In this document: in pieces, positions 41,490-54,706 of the stretch
How the letters are laid out: every line of letters begins with the position of its first letter
Numbering within the stretch: position 1 is the stretch's first letter
Origin: Eledone cirrhosa
Lineage: Eukaryota
Direction of reading: 5' to 3'
NCBI GenBank assembly: GCA_964016885.1
Contig: OZ024742.1
Location: forward strand, 205,654,001-205,718,000
Length of the DNA: 64,000 nucleotides
Notes under the pieces: model-generated
Database searches by the model: none
Told to the model about the DNA's origin: nothing
What the model saw: only the letters and a program-made list of their open reading frames with translations
Made by a program: the position numbers and the translations under genes

Positions 41490-41862
41490 CCACCCTGTAA
41501 AGTAGTCTTGCTGGTGACACAACAAACAACCCTAGTTCGCCGTGTAAGGTGTTCATACTGGTGAAAGAGCACCCAGCCTATTCTGTAAGATAATTGCGTT
41601 GATGACATGGCAAAAAGTAACCAGTCCACCCTGTAAATTGATTGTGTTGATGACACGACAAAAAGAACCCAATCCAACCTGTCAGTTGGTTGTTTTGGTG
41701 CCACAATAAAAAGCACCCAGTCCATGCTCTAAATGTAGTTGGTGTTATGAAGGGCATCCAGTCATAGAAACCAAGCCAGAAACGGTTCTGTAATGAGTAA
41801 GATAGCCATCTGATCACAATGGGACAACTCATTTAACCCACGCTAGCATGGTGATGATGATT
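41490..41862 (+). mobile_element. RTE-3'UTR-derived SINE-like element with internal ~50-bp tandem repeats
   Basis: Repeated 'ccagtccaccctgtaaa...gtgccac..aaaaagcaccc' units, then 'gttggtgttatgaagggcatccag', ending tgatgatga. Related pieces at ~26546-26715, 52730-52985 and 60575-60805. Confidence 0.7.
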
Positions 41863-43206
41863 AAACAAATGTTATAATTTATTTGTTTATTAGTAAAGAA
41901 GTTTGATTCAACTGCTCTCGAGAAACAACAAACAGCAAGTTCACTTATTCCATTCTTTTTTGTTGATTGTTCAGCTCTATGAATTTAATTCTGCTTTAAA
42001 ATCCAACAGCTTCATGCTTGCTGTAACAAGGTTTAATCTTCTGAGTCATGAGTCATTATTGTATAATTACTAATGGTTGGCAAATAATAGTTTCATTATT
42101 GTCAGACAGTTATCAAAACTAAAACAAACCTTTTGTAATAGTTTGGTATTTTACAAACCCCACTACTTGAAAATTCATCCCATTACCTCTAGTCCTGTGT
42201 ATGCTTTTTTTGATGTTTTATTTATTACAAATATTGTTTCCTCAAATTATTCAGTAATATATTAACTATGTATTAAGTGTATATTTATTGTATTAATTTT
42301 CATTTTCGAAACATTCAGAATTAAATACTTAATTGGATAGCTATTGTGTAACATTAAACAAAAATAAAATCCATTCCTGCAATTTGATAATAATAAACAC
42401 ACGAGATTCAATACTATTTCTTATATTTACATTGTCTAATCCCAGTTGTGCACTACAGCTGCATACTTCCAGTTAGGTAATCCCAAAATTTAATATAATG
42501 AATTATATAACCCAAATTAGTATTCTTCATTATTAAATACTACATAATTGAATTCATCAGTAGTAATTATTCAATAAACTATACATTCAATCAAGATTAT
42601 GTTTCTAAATAACTATCGTTTTTTAATAGAAAATAATTTCATTTTCATTGCAACAATATAATGCACCAAAGGAGTTTTTTTTATGCAAAAGCAATCTTTC
42701 TTATTGCTAAGGCGATAATTTTCTTTAAATTACTCTTGAAAACAAATTTTCAAGTCAAACATCTGTTATAAAAACTTAGTATTATCATTAATGTAGTACT
42801 TAAAAGATTAATAGTTTATTTGCTTAAATCCATCTAACTGAATGGGTCATGTTCTTTTTCTTTTCTTTTTACTTTTAACAGTAAATAATGTATATTTCTT
42901 TACTATTGCCTAACACTACCAAATAACCACAAAAAATGACAGGAAAGTCTTTTGTTATTGAGTGAAGCATCCTGTAACATGTGTATTCTTCATAATTTTA
43001 TAACAAAGCAATATCTATGAAATCCTACCAACAACAACTGAGGAAATGAAAATTTATTTTTGGTCACAGGTGCATATCTAGGTTTACTTCTGCATATATA
43101 TGTATGATTGAGAATACATATTGGTTTATTTTTAATATTCAGAATGATATGAATAAACATGAATAAATGAACTTATGAATAAAGACAACTAATTTATCTT
43201 TTCCAG

Positions 43207-43354
43207 ATATTCCATGGAAATCAAAATACTTACCGAGCTGAACTACGTGGAGTTTCACCACCTATCATTGCAAAACGCATTCGCTTCATTCCATATAGTG
43301 AGCACCCTCGCACAGTATGTATGCGAGTAGAAATGTATGGCTGCAAGTGGGATG
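43207..43354 (+). CDS. DDR: Discoidin domain receptor tyrosine kinase exon (end of discoidin/F5-8C domain)
   Basis: ttttccag|ATA...GAT G|gtatgt; 148 bp, phase 0 to 1. Translates IFHGNQNTYRAELRGVSPPIIAKRIRFIPYSEHPRTVCMRVEMYGCKWD, matching the DDR motif PPI.A..IRF.P......CMRVE.YGC. Confidence 0.92.
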
Positions 43355-45464
43355 GTATGTAACCAAAAAAAAAAAGTTTTTTCCTAATCCTTTTAATAGT
43401 AAGCCACTAGCATTTACATTACTTTATATTTACTATTATATTTTCATGGTAAAGGCTTTACCTCACATTATTATCTCACATAATATCGAATCTATGAGAT
43501 TTTGATATTATTTATTTTGAGAACAATACCTTAACATCAGTATGAGTGGCCGGTTACAGCTGGTTTGAACAGAAAGAGGTGAGAGAATTCTGGCTGGATA
43601 CAGCTGGTTTAAATGCTAAAGGGTTAAATTAAAATCTTCATCAAATTTTCATTTCAGCATGAAAGATTTCAATTGAACACCAAGTTACAGTTGTTCTTTT
43701 TTTGTTTTTTTAATATTCTAAAATACCCAAAAAAAAACTTGATTATATTGAAAAATACATGAAATACATAGGAAAATTATTATCATCATTATCATATGTC
43801 CATTTTCTCTGCAAGCAATGGTTGAATAGGTTATCATAGACCATGTTAGTACTTTATCCGAGCAAATGATATTAAAGTCATGAAAGAGTTACAATGAATT
43901 TTATAAACTTTTAACATTATCAATTTTAATCATTTTATTTAAGTTTTAGAATTGTTTTTACTTGTCCTTTTCAAGTTTTACTTGTTTTTACTTGTCACTA
44001 GTTTTCTCTTCTCCTTCCTCTTTTGTTCTTTGGCCTGCCAGATTTATTTTAGATTGATTTCAATATTCTACCTAATACTTCAAATAACACATCTAACACT
44101 TTTGCTAATAATTTCAAAGGAGCAATTGAAAAATGTCAAATAGGCCTCAAGATAACCCAGAAAAAATAAACAGAGTTGTTGTTGACTTAGCACAACAGCT
44201 GGTTGAAAGCTACATATATGATTTGTGTGTGTTGGGTTCACTGTTTTCAGAGTAGGTGGGCTAGTGACTGACTATAAACTACTTAGTTGGCTGAGGTTTT
44301 CTCTATAGGAGTTGTGTCTGCCCACCTGCTGCCTATTGTATTCACTGGTACCAAGACAAAAGGGTGTCAAATAACAACAATGTTGACAATTGATGTCTAT
44401 CAAGGATTAAATTTCAACTGTATGGGATCCCTGAGGAAACCTGTATTTTTAGTGCTATAATTTTTATACTGGGAACAATTCCACTCATTACGTTTTCTCA
44501 CACTTTATCCACAAACTTTTTCACACCTCCTCTTCCTCCTCCTTTCGCTTATTACCTTTTTATACAGACAGCCTGCTACAATTGCTGACATATTTAAAAC
44601 TGATCTTAGTTGTTCAATTTTGAACTCCTCTTTCCCAAGCCTGGGTGCCTATCTGGGCATCTTCAGCATTAAATGATTGAGTACAAAGCTCACCCTGGAT
44701 GTGACATCAGTCAACTGTAGGGTTAACTCCCAGCTACAGTGAACTGGAGCAACATAAAATGAAGTGTTTTACTCAAAAATATAATGCACCAATCAGTCCA
44801 GGAATTAAACCCACAGCATTATTGGTGGTGGATTGGCATTCTGAGTTCAAATCCCACCGAGGTTAACTTTGCCTTTCATCCTTACGGGGTTGATAAAATA
44901 AAGTACCAGAAACACACTGGGTAATTGCTGGCCTTGTGCCGAAAGTAGAAACAATTATTATTGTAAGTCCAGTATCCTAACCACTAGACCATGTACCAGT
45001 GTACATATATACACACAGAACATGATGATGACGACAATATATATATATATATATATATGTGTAACTGAACAAATTCATTAAGTTATAATTAAAAATATAT
45101 ATTCAATGGCCATCTAAGATAGGTAGCCAGTCATTTGACTGCGATGTGATTGACATCCTAACTTTTCCAAGTAGGTCTCTAAAAAATTAACAACCACTTC
45201 TCATTCTAAAACTGATGTTAACATGTTTATGTGAATTGGGTCCTGCTCACTGCTGAGTGTATGTATATCACCATTCACTTTTCAGGTAATAATTTGAAAA
45301 GCTTTCTATTTTTGGCTTTAATAATTAGTACATTTCATTCTTATTTATAGTGAATGTTTTGGTTTCATTTTTTTCTCATAATTTGTGGTAGTTCTTATTG
45401 TAATTAATTTCATATAAATAAATCAAACACTACACAACATAATTTTATTATCTTTCTTTTTCAG

Positions 45465-45989
45465 ATGGATTATTATCTTACAGCATGCCTCAAGGTCACC
45501 AACGAGGCACTGAACTAGAACTCTATGATTACACATATGATGGAATTATAAAGAATGGTTACCTTTCTGGAGGTGTTGGTCAACTTACTGATGGTTTACA
45601 AGGCAACAGTAACTTCCGCATGACTGACAGTAAGGGTCTTGGAGTGAAAGGTTATGACTGGGTTGGCTGGAGAAACAATTCAGATATGTTTAAACCAATT
45701 GAAATCATCTTTAAATTTGATGGAGTAAGGAACTTTTCTGAGGTTTTTCTCTACTGCAACAATGCTTATAAAAAATATGTACGAGTTTTCCGGACTGCTC
45801 TGATTTCTTTTAGTAATGGAGGCAAATATTACAGAGATAAGATAAATTTTTTTTATGTGAAGGACACTATTGTAGAATATGCCAGAGATATTAGCATTGA
45901 TCTAAAACACTACATTGGTAGATATATTAAAATGCAGTTGTTTTTTGAAGCTCGTTGGATTATGATAAGTGAAGTTCGTTTTATATCAG
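45465..45989 (+). CDS. DDR: Discoidin domain receptor exon (DS-like domain)
   Basis: tctttttcag|AT GGA...TCA G|gtaagt; 525 bp, phase 1 to 1, in frame with the previous exon. Translates DGLLSYSMPQG...YDYTYDG...GGVGQLTDG...GYDWVGW...FKFDGVRNFSEV...CNN...WIMISEVRFIS. Confidence 0.94.
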
Positions 45990-46211
45990 GTAAGTCCTAT
46001 TTATATCTTTTTTCTGTTGCATACAAGATAAAGACTTTTGTATCTATATATTGCATGTTGAAAAATGACAGTTTTGATGCCATAAGGATTTCATGATAAT
46101 TTCAACCCCCCCCCCCCCCCCCCCCCCCCCCCCAAAACATAGCTGTTTGAGTAGCAGTGCTGATTTTGGTATTTCACTACCCCTGGCCAGGATTGTACAT
46201 TAATTTTTTAT

Positions 46212-46482
46212 CTTCTTCTTCCTGAGAGGATCCTGGGGGAAGAGTCCTCAAACACTTTTTTCAGCAGGTCCTGTCAGAAGCAACCATTTCCGACTGATCC
46301 GACAGGACCTCCAAACGAGACCAGCCAAGCTCATGGATGTTATCCAACCATTTTGCTCGGGATCTACCCCTGAGTTACCTGCCAGTTGGTTTTTGCCTCT
46401 AAAATCTATCCCTGAGTTACCTGCCAGTTGGTTTTTGCCTCTAAAATCTATCCAGCGATTCTTTCCTGAGACATTTCTCAAA
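46212..46482 (-). mobile_element. LINE 3'-end fragment with internal ~42-bp duplication (related copy ~52300-52720)
   Basis: Shared 'gagaccagccaagctcatgga...ggtttttgcctctaaaatct...ttctttcctgagacatt' between the two loci. Confidence 0.6.
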
Positions 46483-48162
46483 ATTATGAAACATATAACA
46501 AGAGCTATTTTGATAAAATTTGCTTTATTTACTTTATCTGGACCTATCCTTTATAAATTAAACTAAAATGTACCATATCTTTGGCACATAAAGGGGCAGG
46601 AGATAAAAAGTATACTAGTGCATTTTTGGCACCTAAGTGTTATTGGTAGATATAACTCTGAAATCATCATCTACTACAATTAGATAGGATGCACCTCAGA
46701 GATTGAATTTTACAAAATTTTACAACTAATGCACCAAAGTATCTATAATCTAGGATCCTTGTTAAACTATATACTGTTATATATAAATTTTGATCTTTAT
46801 GAATTATCTCATAACAGTTTTAGAAAACTTGAATAAACTATTTTCATAATTTATTTAGCATAATCAAAATCTCATTTCAATATGTTTTATCTATAACTAT
46901 GTTGAAATGAATCTGAATACACACTATGACACAATTTGTTGTTAGTTAATGATTGCTGTTAACTGATTTAATAAAAGCAACTACTTGAAAATGCTCTAAG
47001 ATTTAAGAAAATATTCTGGTGATAGCTATTGGAATCTAATTGTCTTTCTGGCTCAAACATCTTTATAGACAATGTCTCAATGTCCTTGGAATTATTATTT
47101 TACTAATCAATTACATATGAATTGACTATAAGTAATAAATCAAACCAGTTGAAAATGGGAAATATATGTCACTGAAATTACCTTTGATCTTATGTTACCA
47201 AAGCATCCTAAACTGCCTAAATTTGTCCAGTCATATTTAAATCAAAATATCAATATATATATTTTGTTACTACATTAATAATAATATATGTGATTTCACT
47301 AGGCAAAACGCTTTCTGTACCACATCCAACATTGTTATGGCATGGATTTTGTATTTGGGGAATTTAGAATTTATTGGATATTTTTACCCATCTTTCTTTT
47401 AAATATAACATTGTAACTTCTTTAAAAATTATATAAGCTTCAGATTTAGTAATAACAATTCTGAATTTGAAGGATTTTGATAAGAGGAATTGGCTGCTGT
47501 AAATATTAAAAATACCATAAGCATAATAATACAGAACAAACTTTGAACTATATATGTCTGAATTTTCATATTTTCATGAGTAATAACAACTTAGACAGTG
47601 GAAGGAAAAGCACCTTTAACTCCTAATGTAATTATATGGGTACCATCTTGACACATGGCATGTCTTGGCCCTTTTAATACATGGCAGACCCCATCCATCA
47701 AGTGGTTCGAATACAGCCAATTACTTCCAAGAAAAGAGAGATATAGAATCGACCCCAGTACTAGACTGATACTTTATTTATCTACCTCCGAAGGATAAAA
47801 GGCAAAGTTAACCTCAGTGGGATTTGAACTTAGAGCACAGTGAACTGGAATAAACACTGAGGCATTTTTAATCTGATACTCTAACAACTTTGCCATTCAC
47901 CACATTTCAGGCAGTAGCAGTAAAAGAAATGATCAACTGATTTCAGAAAGAGTGAAAACTTTAAAAATATTTCTCTAACAATTTTTGAAAAGAAACTGGA
48001 CATAATCATAGTCTTCACCTTCACTCAAAATACATTGACTATTTACTTTTGAGTCTCCCAATTCAAGTGGGGACTAATTGTTATTGAGAGTATAAACAAA
48101 GAAAAAAAAGAAGAAACTATGGGCTTTCACATTGTATGTATCCATTCATTACTCCGAAAATA

Positions 48163-48665
48163 AATATAATATTTGTTTCTACTTTTGGCACAAGGCCAGC
48201 AATTATCCCAGTGCATTACTGGTACTTTATTTTATCGACTCCGTAAGGATGAAAGGCAAAGTTGACCTCGGTGGGATTTGAATTCAGAATGTAAAGGGCC
48301 ATAATTCCCATGCTGCAAAGCATGGTGTCTGACACTCTACCGATAATGCCAAACCACCGCTATAAATATAATAATTGTTTCTACTTTTTGGCACAAGGCC
48401 AGCAATTAGTCAGTGCATTACTGGTACTTTATTTTATCGACCCCGTAAGGATGAAAGGCAAAGTTAACTTCGGTGGGATTCGAACTCAGAATGGCAAGGG
48501 CCGTAACTCTATGCATCAAAGCATAGCATCTGACCCTCTCCCGATACTGCCAATCCACCGCTATAAATATAATAATTGTTTCTACTTTTTGTACAAGGCC
48601 AGCAATTACCCAGTACATTACTGGTACTTTATTTTATCGACCCCGTAAAGATGAAAGGCAAAGAT
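48163..48665 (-). repeat. Head-to-tail trimer of the tRNA SINE (~200-bp period)
   Basis: Three consecutive copies joined by 'ccaccgctataaatataataattgtttctac'. Confidence 0.9.
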
Positions 48666-49964
48666 GTGATTAGGATTTACCTTTAAAAAATGTATTTTCA
48701 CGTCATTAAGGATTCACTATGGTGTGTGTCTATATTTATGACGTGTGTGTGAATTTGTTTCCTTTTGTAGTTTTCTTCAAACATTTTGATAAATTATAGT
48801 TATTGTTTTCACCTATTTGCATCGGTGTTTTAAATGCACTCAAGTTTTACTCAAAATCCAATAATATGCAGACTTCTTCTTTGAAGCCTTATATGGCACT
48901 TTTACTTTACTGAAGTTGAATATTCAATAATTCGTTTTATATGATGGCATTTAAATAAGTTTTTTATAATTTTGTATCTCACTTGTTGAACATGTACTTA
49001 ATTAGAATAGTTAGTTGACAAAAATTGTCATAAATTTATGTAAGAAGCTTTTGTTAAATTTTTATACCCATCTAATTTTAGAATATAATTGAAGTATGTA
49101 TGCTAGATAGAAATATAATAATTGTTTCTACTTTTGGTACAAGGCCAGCAATTACCCAGTACATTACTGGTACTTTATTTTATCGACCCCCCCCCCCCCC
49201 CCCCCCGTAAGGATGAAAGGCAAAGTTAACCTTGGCAGGATTTGAACTCAGATCATAAAGGGACGTAACTATGCTGGACGTACCGATACTGTCAATTCAC
49301 CGGTCAAATGACTACATACTTAGACATCCAAGATCTGACAGTATCAAATTAACACAGTAAATGTTATGAAAAAATGTAATTGATTTTACTATCAACAGTC
49401 TTTAACTGTACTTTAATCAGTATCAAATTGCTATTTAAATGATGTATTTTTCAACTTATGAGAGTGTGTTTGTTTGTTACAGAAAATATCTGAACCATTC
49501 ATGTATAATTTATTCAAATTGTTTGGTCTAATTCTTGTTGATACATTGATGAGATATCTTGCTATGTTACAATATTGATAAGAGAATAATTAAGTTAGTG
49601 CTAACACATTTAATGTTGGGAGCATATAAAAAAGACTAGCTATAAAAATAGACTTCTCTTTTTATTTTTCACACATTCCAGAGAGGATCATGGAGACAGA
49701 GTGCTCAGTCACCTCTTCCAAAGGGTCCTATCAGAAGCAACCATGTCCAAATGATCTGGCTGGATCCCCAACAATTTTGGTCATAAGGTTTACACACAGT
49801 CACAGTATATGTGAACTAATTATATATATGTGTCTGTGTGATTACATATGTTTGTATACGTCTGTGTTATATGTGCATGTACATATCCTATGCAAGTGGG
49901 GTAAATAGATGTAAAATGGTGATGATGATAATGATTGTGTAAGTATATATGTAGATGTAGATAT

Positions 49965-52262
49965 ACAGCATCTGGTGGTGAGGCTCCAGTTTGCCAATCG
50001 TTCCGAGACCCTGAATCTATTTACAAGTTTGGTAGCATCCAACAGCCATGTTCCAGCCTGAGTAACTGCCCCTGTGCCTCCAAGAAAGAGTTTTGAGCTA
50101 GGAGAAGGACACTCTGATGTAAAACCTACAACCCAAAGACCTCAGTCATTGTCGCAGCTTGCTTGACCAGGACAGATGAACATCAGGTAGAAATAGTGGG
50201 GCCAGTTCAGTGCACACTTCACCTAAACACTCCACTGCACAGACTTGAAGAACATGTTCACAACCACCAACCACTTCGAGCCCTGTAGCAGTGGGAAAGG
50301 GGCAAAAAGAGCAGGTGTAAGGTGATACTGGAAGTTGTAGTCCCAATCCTTCATGCAGGCGGTTCAAGGGTTTCGTCATCTGATGTTGACCCGGAGACAT
50401 CATCATCATTTGGCACACTCTGAATGACCAAGCAGCCATCTCTAGGGACAGCACTGCTTGCTCCACATGGAGAAAGGATCTAGAAGAGGTGGCCTAAACA
50501 AAGCTCGTCTTCTAGTTAACGGGTATCTCATGTGGTAAAAAAACATTGAGGAAGAAAAGGTACACACCCACCAGCAGGGGAGGGAATAGACTGAAAATTG
50601 CATGCTGGAACATCAGAACCATGTTAGACACAGCCAAGAGCAGTCATTCAGTATGTCGATCTGCTCTAATTGCACATGATCTGTCAAAACTAAATTTGAC
50701 ATCACTGTTCTTAGTGAAGTCTGCTTTCCAGAGGAAGGCAACCTACAAGAGAATGGCGCTGGATACACCCACTATTGGTCAGGTAAACTAGAAGAGGAAT
50801 GCCTTTCAGGATGGGCTTATTGCTCAATAATTCTATTGCTTCCAAGCTTGAAAACATGTCAACAGGTCAGTCTGACCACATCATCTCTATGTGCCTCCAA
50901 CTGAGTAATCAACAATATGCCACACTCTTCTGTGTGTACTTCCCAACTATTCAAGCAGATTCTGTGGAAAAGAACATGTTTTATTCTGATCTGCACAGTC
51001 TCTTACAGGGCACCACTGTGGACAACAAGATCATAATCATTGGTGATTTCAATACCAGAGTGGGCCGAGATTGTGTAACTTGGGAGGGAGTGCTTGGAGG
51101 ACATGGTGTTGGTAACTGCAATGACAAGGGATGCTTGCTGCTGGAGTTTTGTGCCGAACATCAATTTGTCATCATGAAGACCATCTTCCAGCAGAAGGAC
51201 TGTTTGAAAATAACCTGGCTGTATCCTTGTTCCAAACACTGGCACCTTGTTGATTACATCCTAGTGCGCCGGTGTGACATGAAAGACATCTTGCATACTA
51301 GATTGATGCCCAATGCGGAATGTCGCACCAACCATTGTCTCGTACACTGCAAACTCAAGCTCTACTTTAAATCCAAACCTAAGAAAGGAGGGGCTCCAGG
51401 ATAAAGCTCAAGGTTAACAGTTTCCAGTCAGTTGAAGTGAAAGCTTCCAGGCAGCCATTCAATTGAAGTTTGAAGATGCAAGCATTTCCACAGATCCCTC
51501 TCCAGAAACACTTTGGGAATATCTGAAAAATGCCATTCTGCAGACATCTGGGTAAGTTCTTGGGTTCACCTCAAAGAATAACAAAGATTAGTTTGTCCAA
51601 AACAAGAAGGAAGTTCAAGAATTACTAGTGAAGAAAAGATCTACCCACCAGGCTCACTTGGCTCAGCCATCTTGTCCTGTGAAGAAAGCTGCATTTTGTT
51701 TCATATGCAGTAACCTCCAGCAAAAGCTTCAAGAGATCCAGAACAAGTAGTAGACCAACTCAATTGTGCACAGGCACTGGAGACTTTAGGTGCTTCTACA
51801 AAGCCTTAAGGGCAGTGTATGACCCTATGTATCAGGTCCAGAGTCCTATGTTAAGTGTAGACAGCCAGGCCCTCTTCTCAGACAGGGTGTCCATCTTAAG
51901 CCATTGGTCAAAACATTTCCAGGCTATCTTCACACTGTCCAGAAATCAGAAATTCTCTGCATTCACCAACAACCAATAAAAGCAAAGCTGGATGAGTTGC
52001 CCACCATTGAAGAGGCCACCAAAACTATAGAGCAGCTAAGGAGTGACAAAAAAGCAGGAGTCAATGGAATTCCACCTGAGATTTGGAAGCATGCGGTGCC
52101 AGCACTTACATGCAAATCTCTACCAGCTCCTTGTATGTTTCTGGGGGCATAGCAATCTGCAACAAGATCTCTGCAATGTAATCATCATCACCCTGTACAA
52201 GAACAAAGGGGAACAGTCAGACTGCTCAAATTATCGAGGGATTACTCTGCTCACTGTCATGG
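49965..52262 (+). mobile_element. Decayed RTE (BovB-like) LINE, 5' half
   Basis: LKIACWNIRTMLD, IIGDFNTRVG, HWHLVDYIL, KKAGVNGIPPEIWK, LYKNKGEQSDCSNYRGITLL; many stops and frameshifts. Confidence 0.85.
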
Positions 52263-53971
52263 GTCACTGAATTGTTACTAATATCTCTGGGACAAAATCA
52301 GATTAGTCTTCTTCTTTGCCCACTTATTCCTGAGAGGGTCATTGGGGTTAGAGTCCTAAAACACTTCTTCCAGCGGGTCCTGTCAGAAGCAACTATCTCC
52401 AACTGATCTGGCTGGATGCAAAAAGCGAGACCAGCCAAGCTCATGGACCAACCATCTTGCTCGTGGTCTACCCCTGGGTCTCTTGCTGGTTGTTTTGGCC
52501 CGTAAAATCTGTCCAACAGTTCTTTCCTGAGACATTCTAACCACATGCCCCTAGTATTCAGAGAAGTAGCGCTCTACTTGGAGTGACTCTGATCTCCGAG
52601 CTATGCACTCTATCAAGTAGCATTACTCCAAAGACCCTTTGGAGGAACCCCATTTCGGCTGCTTGTTTTCGTGATTGTATTCTTTCAATCTTTACCCAAG
52701 ATTTATGACCATAGGTAAGAAGTCCCCAAGTGCCCAGCCTGGACTGTAAAGTGGTTGTGCAGGTGCCATGACCAAAAGCACCCAGTCCACACTGTAAAGT
52801 GGTCATGTAGGTGTCATAGCAAAAAGCACCCAGTACTCACTGTAAATGAGTTTGGAAGGGCATCCAGCTCTAGAAACCAAACCCAAATCAGTTCTGTATG
52901 AGTAAGACATGGTCACCACAACAGGACAACTCGTCTAACCCATGCTAGCGTGGAAGAATGTATGTAAAACGGTGATGATGATGGTATATATATATACACA
53001 CACACACAATCATATATAAATAAATTAAGTATATGTGTGCATAACTCTGTACAATATACACAATGTATAATATGGGTACACAAAAGATGTGAATTAGCAG
53101 GTAGGATAACAAAAAAGGTAGACTTTGCATATGACAGATGCACATGAGTAATTGGTCATAAGAGTCCCAGTGAAATAAACTGTATCATCATCATCATTTT
53201 ATGTCCGTTTTTCCTTGCTTGCAAGGTTGGGACGGGTCTTATTAAACATGGCATCTCTCCATTTGTCATGGTCCCTTGTCATCTCCTCTGTGAGCTTCAG
53301 CGATCTGTTTGTTAATTTTTGATTTGTATTTTGATATTAGTAAAGTTTCCATAGTTTGTATGAAAATCTATATAGTATTATCAACAAATGTAGTTGCATC
53401 CTTTTTGACCACTATTAAGCACATGACAATACACTACTAGTATAGCAATTCTGATTCTCATAATTGGGCTTTGAAGGACACAAAACATGGATTTAGAAAC
53501 GTTATTCTTCCAAAATAAGCATAATTAGTTCATAAGGAAATACATAAATTCCTTAATGAAAATGATAAAGTTAGAACACAGTCATGTTTTCAATATAACA
53601 TGCACATATGATGATAATGTGTAAGTATGTGTGTGTATATGTATGTATATGTATATATATCTATGTGTGTGTGTATGTACAAAAAATGCAGCCAGTACAC
53701 ACTGTAAGATGGTTGGTAATAAGAAGGGATGCCAGTCATAGAGAACTTGTCAAACAAAGGCTACAGAACACTTCTCAGTTGTATCAAAGCAATGATTACC
53801 TCCCCAATGTTGGTGCTACAAAAAAATTCATGATGTACTCTGTGAAGTGTGACAGTGTATGTAAGTTGGATGTAGCCTCTTGCCCATCTGTGAGATCAAT
53901 GGGTCCGATTAGGCCCTGGCTTGGTCTGCGATGACCTTCCCAACCCTAACTAGCAGGGAGAACAGAGACAC

Positions 53972-54018
<47 letters not shown>

Positions 54019-54332
54019 ATTAACATGTGTGTGTGTGTGTATATATAAGAAAAAGTTTGGGCCCCGATTCTTTTTCATATAATCACACTTTACTATCCCA
54101 AATATCAAGTACTCTGTTGAATAATGGTCTTACTAGTTTAATACTGGGTTTAGTATTTATGATAGATATGTACGTGTAATGTGTATGTGTGTTTGTATAT
54201 ATATATATATATATATACATACATATATGTGTGTGTATGTAGTGAAAAAAGTGTGGATGTTAGAAAACATTCTGTACAAATCATTTTATATAAGGAAAAT
54301 GATAACAAGGTTTGAAAAAAGCGCACCTGCTA

Positions 54333-54652
54333 TCATCATCATTTCATTTTACGTCCGCTTTTTCCCTGCTTGCAAGGGTGAGACGGAAACTGATGCTGGA
54401 TGCCCTTCCTAACACCAACCTCATTTACAGTGAGTGCTGGGTGCTTTTTTGCCGTGGCACCTCCACGACCACTTTGCAGTGGAATGATATGGACCCCAGT
54501 CCCTATCATCTCATTTCTACAGCTGAGTAAACTGGAGCAATGTAAAATAAAGTGTCTTGCTCAAAGAAACAACACATCACTCGGTCTGAGAATTGAACTC
54601 ACAACCTTTCGATTGCAAGGCCAATGCTCTAACCACTAAGCCATGTGCCTCC
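54333..54652 (-). mobile_element. tRNA-derived SINE with RTE tail (same family as 15387-15731)
   Basis: Near-identical reverse complement of 15387-15731. Confidence 0.88.
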
Positions 54653-54706
54653 AAATGTATATATATAACAGATCTTTATAACATGTATATATATATATAT
54701 ATATAT

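Noticed and set aside
45485-46096. 203-aa ORF as a standalone gene
   Set aside because: It is an internal DDR exon; true bounds are 45465-45989 and the tail is intron read-through.
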